Source: Phyllosticta citribraziliensis (Eukaryota). From it: a stretch of 64,000 nucleotides of DNA. Under the pieces are notes generated by a model. That model searched no databases, had not been told where the DNA came from, and was given only the letters and a program-made list of their open reading frames with translations. The position numbers were made by a program, and so were the translations under genes. How positions within the stretch are numbered: position 1 is the stretch's first letter; each line of letters starts with the position of its first letter. Shown in pieces: positions 58,344 to 64,000 of this stretch. The stretch is taken from NCBI RefSeq assembly GCF_038025025.1, contig NW_027117338.1:2852001-2916000 (forward strand), given 5' to 3'.

Positions 58344-59302
58344 TCATCTCGCCGAAGCCTTGCCGCCGAGCAGCGGCTTCTTCGCGCTCTTCCCACCCCT
58401 CAAGCCCTTGGCCTCGGTCCCACCAGCACCGTCGCCGTCCGCCGGCACCTCGTCGTCCAGCTCCATGGCGTCCTCCGCTGCGCCGTCGTCGTCCGCATCG
58501 GCCGCGGCAGCGCGCTTGGCGGCCGACTTCTCCTTGGTGTTGGTGTTGGTGTTGTCGTTGTCCGTGGGGAGCGTCTTCTCGACGACGGCGCGCACGGCGT
58601 CGGTCCTGCGCTTTCGAAGCTCGCGATCCAGCGCGCGCTTGCGGACGGCCGCCATCTCGGCCTCGAGGCTGGCCAGCGTGTCGTCGCAGCGGCGGCCCCA
58701 GTCGCCGAGCGCGGCGACGAGCGCGGCCGTGCTGCCGGGCGCCAGGTCGCGCAGCGGGGCGACGGACGTGATGCAGACGCGCGACGAGGCGGGGTCGAGC
58801 GTGGCGGTGATGAGGTGCGCGTAGATGGCCGTGATGAGCAGGTCTTCGAGGGCGCGCGGGGTGGGCAGGTCGAGGCGGGCTTGCAGCGTCGCGTACGAGA
58901 GGTTGGCGGGGTCGGCGGAGAGCGGCAGCAGCGAGAGGAGCTTCAGTTTGGTGGTTTGGGCGTCGGAGAGGGCGGGGAGCTGTGGTTTGGAGGCTGGGTT
59001 GACGACGTTAGACTTGGGCTGTCGTGGTCGTGGTCGTGAGGAGGGGCGTTTGGGGGTAGCTTACCGGCATAGTCTTGCCAGGTGCCCCAGGCAAAGATGT
59101 CGAGCAGCTGGAGGTATGCGGCATATTCGGAGGAGTCGCGCAGGGCTTGGATGGTTGGGGCGTGGAGCAGCTCGGCGAAGACGAAGGTGCTTGGTGCTGA
59201 AGTGGCTTGCACGATGAGGTCGGCGGCAGCGCGTGGGGAATTGGCCGACTTGCTGAGGGCCAAGAAGGGCTGGAGGGCGTTGAGGGCACGTGTCTGCTCC
59301 AT
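58344..59302 (-). CDS. CSN7: COP9 signalosome subunit 7 (PCI domain)
   Basis: Intron 59064-58994. MEQTRALNALQPF, APSTFVFAELL, LLDIFAWGTWQDY, KLKLLSLL, LEDLLITAIYA, APLRDL. Confidence 0.9.
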
Positions 59303-60289
59303 GGTGGTAGGGTAGGCGTGAGAGATGGAGGGGAGGATGGCGAGAGAATGGTTCGGGAGATAGGTGTGGTAGCAAGCAGCGGAGCGGAGGTGAGGTCAGG
59401 AAACAGAAGCCAGGTACCAGCCACAGGTGGTGTCTGTGCTGTGAGGTGAGGTGTGGAGGTGCCACGCCACAGGTGCGGGCGGGCGGATCCGATCTCCGGC
59501 CCCAAGGCGGTGAGGGAGGGATGCCTTAGGTTGGTGCCTCGTGATTGTTGGGCGCTTATGACAATGCCACCATGGGCCTGGATTGCTTCGGGTGCTCTTT
59601 TCGGACGCCAATGGCTGGCTTATCTAATTATTCAAGAGGCGGCACGCTGCCCTGGAGGGCTGGAGGGCTGGATGGTGCCCTATTTTCAGGAGTCGCACTC
59701 GCACCGGGTGGCTCAGGGACGCCGACATGGACTGTCGACAGCCTGAGGCCACGCGCTTTGAGCGCTGAAGCATCCAACGACGCGTAGAGAGCAACATGTA
59801 ACATGATCTGCAGTCTCGTCGTCGCAGACTGTGCAGACGTCGCGCTGCTGCGACAATGGCCCATCCTCTCTTTTCTTTCAGGACCTCGCTTGTGCTTCTT
59901 TGTATTTCCCGACCCCGACCGCCGCCACTTCCACCTCCGTCAGCTCCGCCGCTTCAGCCTCGTTGCAGAGCTGACGCTCACATCACCCACTTCCCGACGA
60001 GTCCAGCTGGTCTGCTTCTCTTCGCTTCTTCAACTTCTTCTTCGTGTCCTCTTTTTGTCATCCTCTCCCCCCGAATCCCCCTCTTCGCCATGCCCAACTG
60101 CTCTTGACCTAATCCCGACCGCCTGACCTCGCGCATTTCCACCGGAGCCCGCCCGCCTCTTAGGTCGCAGCGCTCCACCGTTTTCGCCGTACCCATACAG
60201 GGGTCTCGCCGATTGCGCGTCATACCCTGCTACCTATAGACCAGCCTCTGCTCGCCGCAACCTCTCGCGACTCCGTCTCTCTGCCCACC

Positions 60290-63200
60290 ATGGCGGCTCC
60301 TCCACCGACCGTCCACATGGCCACCACCACCCTCAAGGTCGAGGGCATGACCTGCGGCGCCTGCACATCCGCCGTCGAGAGCGCCTTCAACAACGTAGAC
60401 GCCGTGGGAAGCGTGTCCGTGAGCCTGGTCATGGAGCGCGCCGTCGTCCACCACGACCCTACCCGATTGCCTGCCGAAAAGATCAAAGACATGATTGAAG
60501 ATCGCGGGTTCGATGCTCAAGTCCTGTCCACCGACATGCCTCAAGAATCAACCTCCGACCTCTTGTACGACGCAGAAGCCGGCGCCTTCGTTACGACCAC
60601 CCTAGCCGTCGGTGGCATGACTTGCGGCGCGTGCACGTCGGCCGTCGAGGGCGCCCTCAAAGACGCCGCCGGTGTCAGGAACATAAACATATCCTTACTC
60701 TCGGAACGGGCCGTGGTAGAACATGATCCGGACGTGCTCAGCCCTGGAAAAATTGCGGAAATGATTGAAGACACGGGGTTCGACGCAAAAGTCTTGGAGA
60801 CAAAGGAATCTTTGGTGCAGTCTCAGCCCGCGACCCTGGGCCCGCAAATGCTCACGACCACCGTCGCCATTGAGGGAATGACATGCGGCGCCTGCACTTC
60901 TGCGGTGGAGGGAGGATTCAATGACCTGGAGGGAGTGGTCCAATTTAACATTAGCCTTTTGGCCGAACGTGCCATCATCACGCACGACCCACGGAAGCTG
61001 ACGCCCGAGCGAATCGTAGAAGCCATCGAAGACCGCGGCTTCGATGCCAAAATTATATCTTCAGTAGACGCGGCCCAGCGTTCAATATCCAGCACCGTCT
61101 CAAACCTCAAAATCTACGGCCTAGTGGACCCCGCAGCAGCCACCGACCTGGAAAGTGTCCTCGCGGCCCTACCTGGCGTTTCCAAGGCTTCCGTCAACTT
61201 TTCGTCCTCCAGAGCTTCACTCACCCATCACTCTGCGCTGACCGGCCTGCGAGCCATTGTCGAAGCAATCGAATCAGCTGGCTACAATGCGCTCGTATCT
61301 GACTCGGACGACAACAATGCGCAACTGGAGTCCCTCGCGAAAACGAAGGAGATACAGGAATGGCGGAGAGCTTTCAAGGTCTCTCTGAGCTTCGCAGTTC
61401 CGGTATTTCTGACGAGCATGATATTCCCCATGTTTCTTCCCTTTCTCGACTTTGGCCGCATACGCCTCGGCATGGGCCTGTGGCTCGGCGACGTTGTCTG
61501 CTTTACCCTGACTGTACCCGTCCAATTTGGCATCGGTCGTCGATTCTACAGATCCGCCTGGAAGTCGATCAAGCACGGCTCTCCGACCATGGATGTGCTC
61601 GTAGTCCTCGGAACTTCCGCTGCGTTCTTCTTCAGCGTGGCTGCCATGATTGTCTCCATCTTTACGCCCCCGCACTCGCGCCCGAGCACCGTCTTTGACA
61701 CCAGCACGATGCTCATCACTTTCATCACGCTTGGACGGTACCTGGAAAATCGTGCCAAGGGACAAACCTCAAAGGCCCTGTCACGGCTCATGTCGCTCGC
61801 CCCTTCAATGGCAACTATCTACGCCGATCCCATCGCCGCGGCAAAAGCTGCAGAAGGGTGGGATGTTGTGACGGAAAAGCTGAGCGATGACTTTGCCGGG
61901 AATGCCGCAGAAGAAAAGATTATACCCACGGAACTCATCGAAGTTGGAGACATGGTCATTCTGAAACCTGGAGACAAGATTCCTGCTGATGGCATCGTTA
62001 CGCGCGGCGAGAGCTACGTCGACGAGAGCATGGTTACCGGAGAGGCAATGCCCATTCTCAAAAAACAAGGGTCCAATTTGATGGCCGGTACGGTTAACGG
62101 AGCGGGCCGTGTTGACTTTATCGTGACTCGGGCTGGGCGCGACACCCAACTGTCGCAGATTGTCCGCTTGGTCCAGGAAGCTCAAACGTCTCGGGCTCCC
62201 ATCCAACGTCTTGCTGATCTTGTTGCTGGATACTTTGTGCCCATCATCATCACCTTGGGTCTGGCTACTTTTGTAAGCTGGATGGTTCTGAGCCATGTCC
62301 TCCCTCACCCGCCCAAGATCTTTCTGGATTATGAGAGCGGAGGCAAGCTGATGGTGTGCGTCAAATTGTGCATCTCGGTCATTGTCTTTGCTTGCCCCTG
62401 CGCACTGGGTCTCAGCACTCCTACGGCGGTCATGGTAGGCACGGGTGTAGGTGCTGAGCAAGGCATTCTTGTCAAGGGTGGAGCTGCACTTGAAAGTGCT
62501 ACCAAAATCACGCATGTCATCCTCGACAAGACGGGAACCTTGACTGTCGGCAAGATGAGCGTGTCCGGAACCAATCTTCAGCCTGCATGGAAAAGCTCAA
62601 AGCCCAGAGAACGCCTTTGGTGGACTCTGATCGGCCTGGCCGAATTGGGAAGTGAGCATCCTATTGCGCGAGCGGTTGTATCGGCGGCGAAAGAAAACCT
62701 CGGATTGGGTACTGAAGCAGCCTTTGACGGCAGCATTGGAGATTTCGAGGCAATAGTTGGCAAAGGCATCTCAGTCAGCGTCGAGGCCGCCATTTCCCCC
62801 GAGTCAAAGCGCTACAAGGTCCTCATCGGCAATGCCGACTTTCTGCGGTCTCGAGGAATCACCGTGCCCATCTCGTCAGAAGAATTGGGCTCGTCTACCT
62901 CTCTCGATTCAGATGTCAATGAATCGACCTACACTGGCGTCACCGTTATCCACACGGCCGTCGACAGCGAGTACACAGGCACCATCTGTCTTTCCGACAC
63001 ACTCAAAACTACCGCACGCGCCACTATCCGCGCTTTGGCCCGCCTCGGGGTGTCCTGTTCAATCGTCACCGGCGACCAACTTGCCCCGGCTCTGGCTGTC
63101 GCCCGCGCCATCGGCGTTCCCGCCTCCAACGTGTATGCCTCAGCTACGCCGTCGACCAAGCAAGAGATTGTCGAACAACTCCAGCGACCACTGCATCTCG

Positions 63201-63793
63201 GCGGCAAAGGCGAAGTAGTCGCCATGGTCGGTGACGGCATCAACGACTCGCCGGCCCTCGCAACGGCCTCAGTTGGCATTAGCCTTAGCAGCGGCACCGA
63301 CATCGCCATGGAAGCGGCCACGGTAGTCATCATGACGCCGGGCGACCTGCTCTCCATCCCCGCCTCGCTGCAGCTCAGCCAAACCATCTTCCGGCGCATC
63401 AAGCTCAACCTGCTCTGGGCGTGCGGCTACAACGTCGTCGGCCTGCCGTTCGCCATGGGCTTCTTCCTGCCGTGGGGCCTGACGCTGCACCCCATGGCCG
63501 CCGGCGCCGCCATGGCCTGCAGCAGCGTCAGCGTCGTCGCGAGCAGTCTGGCACTCAAGTGGTGGCGCCGCCCGCGCTGGATGTGCCTCGAGGTGCTGGA
63601 CCCGGAGGCCGCGGCGCTCGAGGGCGTGTCGGACAAGTCTGCCCATGGCTTCTCCTTGTCATTCGGTTTGGGTTCGTCGGTCAAGAACCTTGCCGGCGGC
63701 GTTCGGTCATTATGGAATGAGCGCGTATTGGGCCGACCGAGCCAGACCGTCGCGTACACGCCCGTCCCGTTGAGGGATATGGGCGATGTCTGA
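60290..63793 (+). CDS. CCC2: Copper-transporting P1B-type ATPase (Ccc2/ATP7-like)
   Basis: Intronless 1167 aa. Three GMTCGAC HMA domains, TGEA, CPCALGL, DKTGT, SEHP, GDGINDSP, YN and MACSS Cu(I) ligands. Confidence 0.96.
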   Translation: MAAPPPTVHMATTTLKVEGMTCGACTSAVESAFNNVDAVGSVSVSLVMERAVVHHDPTRLPAEKIKDMIEDRGFDAQVLSTDMPQESTSDLLYDAEAGAFVTTTLAVGGMTCGACTSAVEGALKDAAGVRNINISLLSERAVVEHDPDVLSPGKIAEMIEDTGFDAKVLETKESLVQSQPATLGPQMLTTTVAIEGMTCGACTSAVEGGFNDLEGVVQFNISLLAERAIITHDPRKLTPERIVEAIEDRGFDAKIISSVDAAQRSISSTVSNLKIYGLVDPAAATDLESVLAALPGVSKASVNFSSSRASLTHHSALTGLRAIVEAIESAGYNALVSDSDDNNAQLESLAKTKEIQEWRRAFKVSLSFAVPVFLTSMIFPMFLPFLDFGRIRLGMGLWLGDVVCFTLTVPVQFGIGRRFYRSAWKSIKHGSPTMDVLVVLGTSAAFFFSVAAMIVSIFTPPHSRPSTVFDTSTMLITFITLGRYLENRAKGQTSKALSRLMSLAPSMATIYADPIAAAKAAEGWDVVTEKLSDDFAGNAAEEKIIPTELIEVGDMVILKPGDKIPADGIVTRGESYVDESMVTGEAMPILKKQGSNLMAGTVNGAGRVDFIVTRAGRDTQLSQIVRLVQEAQTSRAPIQRLADLVAGYFVPIIITLGLATFVSWMVLSHVLPHPPKIFLDYESGGKLMVCVKLCISVIVFACPCALGLSTPTAVMVGTGVGAEQGILVKGGAALESATKITHVILDKTGTLTVGKMSVSGTNLQPAWKSSKPRERLWWTLIGLAELGSEHPIARAVVSAAKENLGLGTEAAFDGSIGDFEAIVGKGISVSVEAAISPESKRYKVLIGNADFLRSRGITVPISSEELGSSTSLDSDVNESTYTGVTVIHTAVDSEYTGTICLSDTLKTTARATIRALARLGVSCSIVTGDQLAPALAVARAIGVPASNVYASATPSTKQEIVEQLQRPLHLGGKGEVVAMVGDGINDSPALATASVGISLSSGTDIAMEAATVVIMTPGDLLSIPASLQLSQTIFRRIKLNLLWACGYNVVGLPFAMGFFLPWGLTLHPMAAGAAMACSSVSVVASSLALKWWRRPRWMCLEVLDPEAAALEGVSDKSAHGFSLSFGLGSSVKNLAGGVRSLWNERVLGRPSQTVAYTPVPLRDMGDV

Positions 63794-64000
63794 TTTGCAA
63801 CGGCCGCCCTTCTCTCTATCCCTATTTTGGTACATTTCCCCCCCTTTGCTGTAAAGGGTTTTCTTCATAGCGTACGTATTCAAGCGCGCTTTTTCTTGTT
63901 TCCTTGGAGCGAGCATCCATCTTGGTATTGGCGTTGCGCTTTTCTTCTCGTTGTGCACATACATACATATCCGCCGTTCAGTTGCTGCTTGCTTGCTTAC

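Noticed and set aside
1..63793. Copper link between the LPMO and CCC2
   Set aside because: They are 60 kb apart with unrelated housekeeping genes between; no evidence of a cluster.

Overview
Eukaryotic, intron-containing DNA from a filamentous ascomycete (Pezizomycotina, probably a Dothideomycete; inferred from gene content and short introns with CTRAC-type branch sites). It holds about 20 mostly housekeeping genes: the 3' part of an AA11-type LPMO, an RmlD/MAT2B-like SDR, MCM5, glycogen synthase, a TRK K+ transporter, an Ssh4-like SPRY/PY protein, SWR1, NDUFB8, peroxisomal SCP2, an F-box-like hypothetical, an Sln1-type hybrid histidine kinase, MCR1, a DHA1 MFS transporter, DLD1, two hypotheticals, Nup2, an Artemis-like nuclease, CSN7 and the Cu-ATPase Ccc2. 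I found no transposon, rRNA, tRNA or secondary-metabolite cluster. The most notable unexplained signals are RNA-level. (1) A ~360-nt imperfect fold-back with a perfect 15-bp core lies in the gene-free 50.0-53.7 kb gap (candidate milRNA/hairpin-RNA precursor). (2) An Sln1 intron contains a complete second set of splice signals. (3) The long SCP2 intron has complementary ends, and Nup2 intron 1 contains a hairpin. (4) There are two GC-AG introns and several short uORFs. All exon structures were deduced by eye and are unverified.
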